Below are positions 53,563-64,000 of a stretch of 64,000 nt of DNA, piece by piece. The stretch spans positions 481,877-545,876 of the forward strand of contig NW_005434666.1 in the NCBI RefSeq assembly GCF_000315625.1. The letters run 5' to 3'. This stretch comes from Guillardia theta CCMP2712. Taxonomy: Eukaryota > Protista > Cryptophyta. Under the pieces are notes generated by a model. The model did no database searches and was not told where the DNA came from. It saw nothing but the letters and a program-made list of their open reading frames with translations. Positions within the stretch are counted from its first letter, which is position 1. The number at the start of each line of letters is the position of its first letter. Position numbers and translations under genes: made by a program.

Positions 53563-53882
53563 TGTTTGTTTGTTTGTCCGTACTGTTCGTTTGTTTGTTT
53601 GTCCGTACTGTTCGTTTGTTTGTTTGTCCGTACTGTTCGTTTGTTTGTTTGTCCGTACTGTTCGTTTGTTTGTTTGTCCGTACTGTTCGTTTGTTTGTTT
53701 GTCCGTACTGTTCGTTCGTTCGTTTGTCCGTACTGTTCGTTCGTTCGTTTGTCCGTACTGTTTGTTTGTTCGTTTGTCCGTACTGTTCGTTTGTTCGTTT
53801 GTCCGTACTGTTCGTTTGTTCGTTTGTCCGTTCTGATTGTTTGTTCGTTTGTCCGTACTGTTTGTTTGTTTGTTTGTCTGTA
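53563..53882. repeat. 25-bp minisatellite, about 12-13 copies (TTTGTTTGTTTGTCCGTACTGTTCG)
   Basis: TCCGTACTG recurs at 25-nt intervals (53577, 53602, 53627...), with TTTG/TTCG variants. Confidence 0.97.
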
Positions 53883-54066
53883 CATGACAACATGGCGGTC
53901 ATGGAGATCTACTGGTACACTCGTTGTGTAAGTAAGTGCGCTGGTCTGACTGTATGGTCTGAGCACTGCAGCTTGCGCATGCACATCAAGAGCATGGACG
54001 AACGGGTCAGTACAGAGATAAGATCAGAGATGTCATCGAAGAATGCAAGCTCGACGCTGAAGTAAA

Positions 54067-54176
54067 ATTGTTGTTGTTGGTATTGTTGTTGTTGTTGTTG
54101 TTGTTGTATCATGAGGATGAGGATGAGGATGAGGATGAGGATGAGGATGAGGATGAGGATGAGGATGAGGATGAGG
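54067..54176. repeat. adjacent (TTG)n and (GAGGAT)n microsatellites
   Basis: ttg x~12 (interrupted), then gaggat x~11. Confidence 0.95.
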
Positions 54177-54279
54177 GTGATATGGTGGCGGGAAGCCTGG
54201 GGATGCTACCATTCGAACGGCATCTCAGCTATGCCCTGACCTTATCAAGCTCCCTGGGGAGGCAAGGGCTGGCTGGTGG

Positions 54280-54398
54280 TGGAGAAACATGCGATCTGGG
54301 ACTTCCTCAAACGCCGCTGCCTCGATATCGATGCCCGCACGAGGATGACTGCACAGGAGGCTCTGAGGCATCCCTTCCTCGCTAGTGGTATCAAGTAA
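54280..54398 (+). pseudogene. orphan protein-kinase C-terminal fragment (subdomain XI, CMGC-like)
   Basis: Reads KHAIWDFLKRRCLDIDARTRMTAQEALRHPFLASGIK*; no upstream HRD/DFG/APE motifs seen nearby. Confidence 0.65.
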
Positions 54399-56535
54399 AC
54401 CGTCTCTACCCGAAGCTTTCTCCTTCCTCGCCTCTCCTCCAAGCCCTCCTCCCTTCCTCGCTAGTGGTCTTGAGTGAACCGTCTCTCCTCTGGCATCTCC
54501 CAGTCTCTCGCGATCAGCATATCAATAATTCCCAGGCTTCGCTTTTCCTTCCAACCCCTCCTATCCCCTCTCCTTCCCCCCTCCCCCCTCCCCTCATCTC
54601 TCCTCCCCCAGCCTCTCAAACTCCAATGACATGTTACAACCGTTGAACCGCCATGCCACTGGCTGTTGAGAGCATTTCACAAGACTCAAACTGTTGTGGA
54701 ATGCGTTGGGAGAAGCCTCAAAAAACGCAATCATGGCAAAGCACCAGCAAGTCTCTTGAAATATGTTTCATATACAACCGACGAAGCATTCTGGTACAGG
54801 AAGCTAGGCCGTCATCGCAATAAGGAGAATCGCATTTCCTTTATGTCTTCGAAGGTTGCCTCTCTCATCGATTCCTTTCATGTTTCCCTTCTGAAAGTGT
54901 GAAAACAGCTGATCAGGGCTTTGGAACATCAGAATTGAGGTGTTTCAGTGCAAGTATGACAAGGAAAGTCACACAATTATTGGATAGCGTGAGCATGCAA
55001 ATTTGAATGCGTACCTTACAAGTCAATGCACAGTTACAACTATGCTCACAATGCTTCAAAGCATATTTGCATTTACACGCAACTCAACGAACTGAGATTC
55101 AAATATTTCCTTTCCACAAAATTCTTATTGCAACATGATATGCATCATCCTCAAAACACTCTGCTTAAAGGAAATGCAGTCGTTTTCCCACATGATACAT
55201 TCAAATCTGGTCAAATTTGGCATCAAAAGATGTTCTTGTCATCACAATGATGTATTTATCTCACAACATGGTGCCCACAGGGCGCGATCTGCTTGAACGT
55301 GAGTCTCCCAAACTGACACCGTGTACAACATTGGTACATTCTGTACAACGTTTAAATTCTAGAAATGGCACGGTGCTGGCAGGATCCCACAATTTGAAAT
55401 GGCGTGGTTTGACAGAAGTAAAACATTTCAAGGAAAATTTTCACTTTGAAATCCAAAACCTATTCATTAAGAAAAATCCAGGTAGAAAAAGACCCCGCCG
55501 AGACGGAATAAAATCCAGTTGAGAACCCAATGGAATGGTACCGAGGCGGGCGCGACCATTGAAGTTTGAAGTAGTAAAGATGTCTTTATTACTGCCGGGA
55601 ATAGAAGGGGTGGGGTGGGGCCGACCGTATGAAAACTCCGATCCACGGCAGGGCTGCGAAAAGTACCCTCCATGATCCCAATTGAAATGGGGGTGGTAGA
55701 TACTGATGGGAGCTGGAGAGTACGTATGCCAAGTCAGAAGTTGACGAGGGACTGAATACCAAGGGTAGGGTACTATGTCTATAGGGTGGGGGTCGGTTTG
55801 ATTTGTTTTTTATTCCGACAAATGTAGGGTAGGGGGGTAGTACATCGGACGACCAATGTACACTCTGAAGTGCACACAAGTACCGGTACTTTATTGGATT
55901 CACAGAGGTAATTAGGGTGGGGGTGGGTAGTAAGGACTGTCGGGGAATCAAATGTAAAGGGGTACCCCCCACACACCGGGGGAGTAGGGGGTGATGGAGA
56001 GGGAAAGGGGGGGGGTAGATGAACGGAACAATTGACCAGAGGTGATGGTGACCAAAAATGGGTTGACGCATGGCGCGGCCCAAGGAGCAGAGAGGAGGAG
56101 AGGAACGTAGAGAGGATACAGGCAGGCAGGCAAGCAGGTAGGCAGATATGCAGAAAGGAAGGATTGGAGGATAGAAGGCTGGAAGCCCCGCAGGGAGGTA
56201 GGCAGGGAGGCAGTCAAACTAACCGACAGGCAGACTAGTGACAGGGAAGGAATTTGCGAGAAAGACCAATTGAGTTCTATTGCAAGTTCTAGGAGAAAAA
56301 TGAGAGAGGTGCATGAGAGAAATGATGACGAAGGGGAAGGAACAACAACTTCGATGGCTATGAGTGACTGCAGTATTTCAATCAAAACCTTGAGGGAGCA
56401 GGAGGCAATTCACAGTTTATGTTTGTAACCTTCTCTTTGCAGTGGAAGCGTTAAGTTGCGCTCGATCAATCGTCCTCTTCGCTCTTTGCACCGGCATGGC
56501 CATCTAAAACAGCCAAGACATCGTTGAACCAAACC

Positions 56536-58003
56536 ATGGCTGGACCGAGCACCGAAGAATTACCATTTGGATGGGAACGTCGTACCTCAAAGACAACAGG
56601 CAAGACATACTTCTACAACAAAACCTCGGGCCAGAGCACTTGGGAGAGTCCGAACCAACAAAGTGCCTCGCTGACGAGACAGAGGTCTTCCAGCGTCTCT
56701 GCATCAGTGGATGTTGCACCAGGTCAAGTCTTAAGAAGCCAATCGGTGATTGGAATTAGGAAAGACATGAACATCGATCAATCAGAGGTGATTCAACTCA
56801 GTCTGCGCAAATGGAAACCTTTGTTCCTGATGTGATGCCGGTCAGGATTTCATCCGGCTGAGTACCACTGATTCTCTGTCTGCCAAGGTCCTCGTTATAC
56901 TTGTAGCACGTGATAGCAGTTGACTTTGGGTACAGATAGAGACTTTGGATCCCGCCAGACAAGAGCTTGCGGAGCGGCATGATTCCTTGCCAGGCCGATC
57001 AGATCGCGGCGAGGGCTCACTTAGGAGGACCCCCTCCATGAGCAGACTCGTGAGGTCCAAGAGCGTCAGCAACTTTCCCTCCGTCCAGGTGAGGCTGGCC
57101 CGGGTGGAGGCGCTGGCGATGAAGCGTGTCCCCTCAGGACCTCCAACGAGCAGTTGCGGAGGAGGCTGGTGGCAAGGACTTGTCTCTTCCAACCGGAAGT
57201 GCTGCTCTCAACCCACCGAACTTGAGGATTCAACGGCTCAAGTCCCTGGGCTTCAAGTCCCTCCCGTCCTCTTCCAGCGCTCAATATCTCAATGCGTCTC
57301 CTCCCACCACTCCGCATGATTCTTGTCCTGGCACACCAACGGCAGCGCTGGAGCGTCAGAGCAGTTCAGGGGAAGAGAGCATGACATTGAAGCCCAGCTT
57401 GTCGCCCGATGCAGAGCCCAGCAAGGTAGGAAGGAGGGCATCGGCCTCCTCGACCAGCAGCCCCGAACTGAAGGAGCTCAAATCCGTACAGAGTGAGGCC
57501 AGCGCAGGAGAGAAGGCGCGTCGCTCGTCAGACAAGGTGAAGCGCGAGTTGAAGGCCAACGACGATTGTTTCTACGTTGACAGGGATGGAGGAATAGTTC
57601 CCGCAAAGGTGCGCCAGTTGCCCCCATCGTTGGTCCCCTTGCTCCTCGTCTTCTGGCATGAAAGCTTCTTGTGTGATCGCTTACGTGCCCGGCACAGGTG
57701 GTGCGCGTGGACCAAAGCATCGATCCTCCAGGTGAAGGGAATGGACATGAGAGGCCGAGCGCTAACGAGAAGGCAGGCTTCGAAGTATACATGATCAGCA
57801 GGAACAGGTTCGTCGTGACAGAGAGATTCAGGTGAGAATCCAGAGAACAGGAGGAGGGTGGAGAAAGAGGGAGGGATCTTAGACGGGACTATGTTGCTTT
57901 CCGTTCTTGACTGTGAGGCTCCAGGTTGCTCAAAGTGTCGGAGGCGACCGCGTACATGGAAAGGAGGAAGCAGTCGAAGCAAGGGAGGAGTGAGGACCAG
58001 TGA
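56536..58003 (+). CDS. WW-domain protein with Ser/Pro-rich middle and a small C-terminal beta domain
   Basis: LPFGWERRTSKTTGKTYFYNKTSGQSTWESP; C-terminal CFYVDRDGGIVPAK/VVRVDQSIDPP/GFEVYM. Confidence 0.85.
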
Positions 58004-58057
58004 AACTCGGCGAGTCTTGATTTTTGTTTTTTGTGTGAATAAGATATTGGTTACAAG

Positions 58058-60389
58058 TCACTGCTTCCAGTGTCTCGTCACGAAGTCGATCACCCTGGGG
58101 TTGACCAGCTGTGGCGCCTCATCCTGCAGCACGCTCTCATCTGCCCCTCTTCCCCTCCTCCCTTACCTGAGGACAATGTCCCGTCCCCGGCAGCTCAACG
58201 AATTCCTCCACGCACGCGAACCTCTGCGATCAGCTCAGGGCATGTCATGCATTTGACCTGCCTGCCTGGAAGATCCTCCCCTGCTCCACTGGCTCCCATG
58301 GGTCCTTGGTACCCCAGAGGATCGAGACGGGGACCCTGGGCTGCTCTCCCTTCCTGAGCACGCGGTGAGGAAAGAGGAGGACTGAGCAGACAGGCACTTG
58401 AATTCGTCGGAGGAGAGCGCGCAGAGCAGTTCTTCAGGGAGTGGTCCCGCGCTGTAGGAGATGAAGTCTAGGAAGACGCGGGGAGCATTCGGAGTCTTGC
58501 CGGGGTTGAGGATGACCTGCAGAGAGGTCCCACCAAAGGAGAGGAGGAGGAGGAAGGAGGATAGAGGAAGAGAGAGGAGGAGGAGGAAGGAGGAGAGAGG
58601 AGGTGGAGAGAGGAGGAGAGAGGAGGGAGGGAGAGAGAAGAGGACTGGTTAGCAACAGAGGCGATGGAAGGGAGGAGAATGAACCTGAACAAGCTCGTCG
58701 GTGACTGTTGAGCTGTCATGATACGCTTGTCGGAGGACGTTCCTAACCTGCACAGAGGACGCACGGTTGACGTCAACCGTGAGATTGAAATGCCAAGGAC
58801 AGAGAAAGGGAGAGGAAGTGAAGGAGGAGCTGGAGGACGTCAAGGGGAGGAGGATCGGCTGGGCGCTCACCGTGTTTTCGGTTGCGACGACACCGAAGAA
58901 AGCCTCTCCTACTGGCGTTTCTCTCAAGAGAGCCTACAGACGATCCGTCAGGTTCCTTCCTCCTCTTCTTCCCCTCCCCTCCCCTGCTGACCTGGAAGGC
59001 AGTCACTAGCGGCGCACTCAGCGGATTCTGCCTCTTGATGTTCAGCAGCCTGAGACTGCCAGCACGCAAACATGTCACGATGCCGCGAAAGAGCAGGCAG
59101 GAGAGGAGGAAGAGAAGGAGCGGCAACAACGAGTGGCGCAGGCAGGACAGACAACCAGACGGGTGCCAACACATCCTCCTGCTCGGCCGACGGGAAGCAA
59201 CATATCACCTTGGGTCCAGGATCATGACACCCTCTACCTTCTCCGGGTAGTCAACAGCTGCTTGCAGCCCTGCAGGATCGTCAGTCTCGACCCCTCCTTC
59301 TCCTCCTCCCTTCCGATCGTTTACCCACGCAGGACCCGATGCTGTTGCAGATAAGGAAGGACTTGTCTTTGACCACCTCGTCGATGAAAGCTCTGACCTG
59401 TGATGGCAACTTCCTCTCAGCAGTAGACACCTTCACACAGCCCGGAGCCTCTGCTCCTCAACCTGGTCCGCCCACGTGTAGAAGTTGTATCCGCTCTGGA
59501 TGGGATGAGCCATGTCGGTGAAGGGCGTTTCTCCCACAGGACCGTAACGCAGGGCATCCTATGAGACAGATAAGATCAAGTTCGGCAATGATCCGATGCG
59601 ATGGGATGGGAAGGAGGGAGGAGGGAAGAGAAGGGAGGAGGGAGGGAGGTGGGAGGGAGGGAGGGAGGAAGGGAGGAGGGAGGGAGGGAGGGAGGGAAGG
59701 AGGGAGGGAGGGAGGGAGGGAGGGAGGCGGGAGGAGGGAGGGAGGGAGCAGGAACGGGCCGGAACAAACAGAAGAGCGCTGAGTGAGCTACGACCTCGGG
59801 AGCGAAGCGTGCGTAGGAGGAGAGGTCTCTTTTCAGCTCTCCATTCACCGCCGACATTGACTTGGGGTCGGGCTTGTCGGAGTATCCGTAGCCGATCAGG
59901 TCGATAGCGAAGACTCTGAGGCACCATCAACCTTTCAGTCAGCTCCTCCCCCTGCGTCCTCACCGGAACCCAGCGTTCGCCAGCACGGGCGTGTTCTTCC
60001 TCCAGTGATCGGCATTGCCGCCGAATCCATGGATGAGGACAAGAGATGGCGCGTCACTCTGAGTCTCGCCCGCTGCCTGATATCGGATCTAACGAGCAGG
60101 TGAGGGTGGCGACAAACAGTCTGTGCAGGGGCACCTTGTATCCGTTCCAATCCCAGTACCTGTCCTCCAGCTTTGTCGTCTCCGTGGGGGCAGCTACAGA
60201 TGAAGGCAACGTCATGGTAGGGGAGAGCTTCCCCCTGCCGTTTGACGCTCGCGCGCCAACAGGTCGCTGGATGCTCGACTTGAAGGACGTTGTAGCTCGC
60301 AGCTGAGGGGAGATGGCGGTCGGGAGGAAGCCTTCAGCATAAGACAATGCGAGCAGGACAAGCGCCAGGGGCGAGATGGATGTGCTCAT
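58058..60389 (-). CDS. plastid-targeted alpha/beta hydrolase, pheophytinase/chlorophyll-dephytylase-like family
   Basis: Signal peptide ending AEG|F plus S/T/R-rich transit peptide; YWDWNGYK/IRYQ.AG, LVLIHGFGGNADHWRKN, VFAIDLIGYGYSDKP, YNFYTWADQ, ICNSIG, LWGTKDPWEP, GHCPQ/DEAP. Confidence 0.9.
59610..59750. repeat. (GGGA)n polypurine tract, intronic
   Basis: gggagggaggg low-complexity run of about 140 nt. Confidence 0.9.
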
Positions 60390-60732
60390 GTCCTGATAGA
60401 ACGAGTCAGCTGCTAGGCTACCCGACTCGTCCTGACAGCACAGAGCCTCTTCCTCCTGCCCCCTTCCCTCCCTGCCATCTGCCCTGCCATCCCCTTATGT
60501 ATCCAGGTTGTGGCCGGGCGCTGCCTTCCGTCCGAGCCCCGGCGAGCTTTGCTTCTGAGGCGGACGTTTCTCATTTACAGAAACGCTCGGGGTAGGTATT
60601 TGCATTGCTCTACCGGTACCTTTCATAATATATTGCTCAGTAACAAGGGGGTATATTAATTCATGGGGTGCTTTGAAAGGAGGGGTGGGGTACCATCGGT
60701 GCTAATTTGGGACGATGGCGGGAGAGGGGAAG

Positions 60733-63700
60733 ATGAACGAAGCCGAGATGTGAGTGTCTACCTGCTTGCAGCTACTGGTCCTTCTTCCTGTCTCCTTGTT
60801 ATCATGTTCTTGTTCTTGTCGCCTTGTTGTCATGTTCTTGTTCTTGTCGCCTTGTTGTCATGTTCTTGTTCTTGTCTTCTTGTCTCTTTGTCTATGTGCT
60901 CTTGATCATGCATTGTAGTGAGACATACTGACCTCTTGATCCTCACCTGCTATATCGTCCTTGAATCGCCTTCATATTTCTTTCGCGCTTTGTTTTTGAA
61001 CATGATTGGTTCTTGGCTGTGCGTGTTCCTCAAAGTTTTGTGATCCTCTCTACCAATGCAAAGTTGACCTTCATGCAGTCAGCTGCTTCAGCGTGGAGCT
61101 GAAATATTAGCCGCACGCCCTCCCTTGACGGATGAGGATTGCACAGAAGGAAATTCCAGTCGCAGTCATGATGCTTTTGGGGCAGAACGGGATCAGGAAC
61201 AACTCTCCATCCACCTTCACATGCAGGAGAAACGAAATGGAGGAAGATGGACAAAAAGGCATTTTGCCGTATGGTCTGCGTCGTTCTTGCTGATATGTTT
61301 ACTATTTGGAACTACCGTCACCTTCTCTACCAACCAGAGTGAAGCAACTACAGTTCCTCCACTCACCAACGCCGAGGATCTGTTGCTTTCTGGAGTCGCA
61401 GTGAGAAACAGTGGTCATGGCATTAAGACGGTAGGGAAGGGCAACAAGCTTCATACCTTGCCTGTTGTCAACGGCCACCTACTTCCAAAGACTTCAGATG
61501 TACCTCAGCAGAAATCAGAAAAAAGTGCACTTTCAGCGCACTCGGGACTGAAGCATGCTATGCTAGCACCCATGGCTTCTGTACATGACATCAAAGAAGC
61601 GCGTACCCAACCAAAGGGACCTTCGTTGAAAGGCAATGTCAAGGAGGAGAAAGTAAACAAGATTGCTGCAACAAAAAATAAGGAAGATTTGGCTGCATCA
61701 AAGACGATCAATGAGGCGAAAACCCAGATCAAAAATGTGCATCAACAGAGTGGAGTGGCGAAGAAGAAGGTCGTTGTCAGCGATCAGCCTGCAGCTTCGA
61801 CTGCTCCCCAGCATTCGGTTAAGGTGCAGCAACCTGTTCACCAACTACAACAAATGCAGTCCCAGAAGCAGCAGGCGTACACGCCTCAGCAGCAGCCTCT
61901 GCAGCAGCAGCAGCAGCAGCAGAAGGCGTATATTCCCCAGAACCCGCCTCATCAGTACAGAGCTTCACAGCAGCAGCAGGCCTATATAACGCCCCAGCAG
62001 CAGCAGCAGCTTCAGCAGCAGCACCAGGTGTATATGTCCCCACAACAGCAGCCTCAGCAGCAGCAGGAGGCTTATATGCCTCCACAACAACAGCAGGGTT
62101 ATATGCAGCAGCAGCAGCAGCATCAGCCTCAGCAGCAACAGGCGTATATGCCCATGCCCCCACCACAGCAACAGGCGAATATGGTGCCCCAGCAGCAGCA
62201 GGCGTACATGATGCCCCAGCAGCAGCAGCAGGCGTATATGATGCCCCAGCAGCAGCAGGAGGCGTATATGATGCCCCAGCAGCAGCAGGCGTATCTGCCT
62301 CCACAGCAGCAGCAGCTTCAGCAGCAGCAGCTTCAGCAGCAGCAGCAGGCTTACATGCCCCAGCAGCAGCAGCTTCAGCAGCAGCAGCAGGCGTATATGC
62401 CTCCACAGCTTCAGCAGCAGCAGCAGCAGCAGCAGCTTCAGCAGCAGCAGCAGCTTCAGCAGCAGCAGCAGCTTCAGCAGCAGCAGCAGCTTCAGCAGCA
62501 GCAGCAGCTTCAGCAGCAGCAGCAGGCGTATATGCCTCCACAGCAGCTTCAGCAGCAGCAGCAGACCCAGCAGCGGCAAGTGTATATGCCCATGCACCCA
62601 CCACAGCAACAAGCGTATATGATTCCCCAGCAGCAGCAGCAGGCGTACATGATGCCCCAGCAGCAGCTTCAGCCGCAGCAGGCGTATTTGCCTCCACAGC
62701 AGCAGCAGCAGCAGGAGGCGTATATGATGCCCCAGCAGCAGCTTCAGCCGCAGCAGGCGTATTTGCCTCCACAGCAGCAGCAGCAGCAGGCGTATATGTC
62801 CCAGCAGCGCCAGCAGCAGCTCCGCCCTCAAGAGCATGAAAGCATGGAGTCTCAGCGTGATACTGCCCCCAATAGACCAGAGGGCTTGTTTACAACGAGC
62901 TCTAAGCTGCAAGTAACTTCGAATGCTCCAACAAAGCCGGGTCAAGGAGTGGCTGAACTCAAGCAGGTTGCTCACTCAGCGCAAGTGGCAATTCTAAAAC
63001 AACAGCCTGCAAAAATTTCGCAGGTACTCATCGATCGCTTTCATCTGTAGACTCTGCTTGTTCTCTGATTTGTCAAATCAGGGATTCGCAAAACAACAGC
63101 AACCACTTTCTGGTTCTGTCTCAAATAGTGCAAATACAGCGACTGCCCTGGCCCCATCCAACTCAGTCACTTCTACCGGCCCGATCAATGCAGCACCCTT
63201 GCTGCAGGAGGCCTCTGTGCAGAAGCCAGGTAACGGAGTTCGATCAGGTCGTGCAGGCTCAAGTAGTTGATGAGAGATACAGGGACTCTGCCAGTGAACA
63301 CCGCGCTTGCAGGACAGAACCCGATGCTCGTCGATGGACAGGCTGCAGATGTGGGAAGCTTGCAGCGGCAGGCAGCTAATGAGGTAGACGAGGAGTTTTG
63401 ATTGATTGCGCTCTGCCACGGTTTCCCTCCCCGTCCACTTTCCCCTGTCCCGTTTGTTTCCATTAATGGATGGGTTGTCTATTATCTGTCGCGTTGAACT
63501 GCTCACCTAATCATATTTGCAGGCGTCGAAGACGCTTCGCAAGTCGTTGGGCACTGCGACTCCCCAACAGATGTCGCTCAGGCAGCAGATGCAACAGCAG
63601 ATGCTCAAGGTAGTTTGCGTTCTACCCTTCCTGGTCCTCATGGCTGTTGTACAGAAAGAAGAATCTGACGCCCAGGGAATCAACGGAGGCGAGCTGAGCA

Positions 63701-64000
63701 TGGATGACCCCGTTGCACAGCTCGGGGTGGACCAGACTGGGTTGAATGTCGGTAACAGCCTGACGCATGTGAAGGCTGCGGCGAACCCGCAGCTGACTCG
63801 CATCGGGCTCTTTCAGTGAGCGTGTAAATATGGAGGCACATTGAATCTTTAAAGTTCCATTCGTGAAATCCACTCGAGCACAAGACTTGAGAACGAAGGC
63901 AGGCGCCAACGTCATCCCCGCACATGGCATACTTATTGAACAGGTCGTGGAAAATCTTTACAAGGCAGCACGACAAACATGTCGTGCTTCGACGGTTTGA
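60733..64000 (+). CDS. single-pass membrane protein with a long Gln-rich (Q/P/Y/M) repeat region; 3' end unresolved, probably beyond the window
   Basis: Exon 1 ATGAACGAAGCCGAGAT|GTGAGT splices in frame at 61079 to the long ORF; TM FAVWSASFLLICLLFGTTVTF; QQQAYMMP-type repeats at about 61860-62830; further exons after 63023. Confidence 0.8.
60796..60880. repeat. short tandem repeat of about 28 bp, 3 copies, in intron 1 of the Gln-rich gene
   Basis: cttgtt(a/g)tcatgttcttgttcttgtc(gc) three times. Confidence 0.85.

Noticed and set aside
53387-54065. ORFs across the 25-bp repeat (TNKQTNEQYGQ..., FVCPYCSFV...)
   Set aside because: Products of a stop-poor minisatellite that is open in most frames; also not CRISPR, since there are no spacers
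54600-55520. Short ORFs in an AT-richer stretch
   Set aside because: No recognisable domain or convincing spliced model
59559-59963. Pro/Ser-rich and Gly/Arg/Glu-rich ORFs
   Set aside because: Translations of an intronic (GGGA)n tract
61819-62975. Long antisense poly-Ala and poly-Leu ORFs (317 and 336 aa)
   Set aside because: Mirror frames of the CAG-rich sense exon, with no independent coding evidence

Overview
Eukaryotic nuclear DNA, gene-dense and intron-rich (many 45-55 nt GT-AG introns), so the unspliced ORF track shows only exon fragments and many antisense artefacts. Intron size, gene density and a bipartite plastid-targeting peptide with Phe at +1 suggest an alga with a red-derived complex plastid, most likely a cryptophyte such as Guillardia theta (inference). 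About 25 genes were assembled by hand. They include an FkbM methyltransferase, a PDZ protein, DPCD, a WDR44-like protein, two alpha/beta hydrolases, a PDZ-C2 protein, an MRS2/CorA Mg transporter, a LON/RING E3, a large DUF4062/C2 protein, a MAP2K, a TPR protein, purD, a cNMP-binding protein, a CCR4/nocturnin-type nuclease, an alpha-kinase, a WW protein and a Gln-rich membrane protein. Best leads: (1) a spliced 47-aa Ser/Ala/Gly/Asn-rich micro-gene at 15557-16014, absent from the ORF track, a candidate ejectisome ribbon (Tri/ejectisin) peptide; (2) a recurring promoter architecture of CCGG/GGCC-rich islands plus sense-strand G-tracts; (3) a TTC41/NPHP3-like protein that appears to lack its NTPase domain; (4) an alpha-kinase broken by one frameshift in its catalytic core; (5) a decayed zone with minisatellites and an orphan kinase C-terminus. 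No rRNA, tRNA, CRISPR array or autonomous transposon was found. Gene boundaries are manual and approximate unless stated otherwise.
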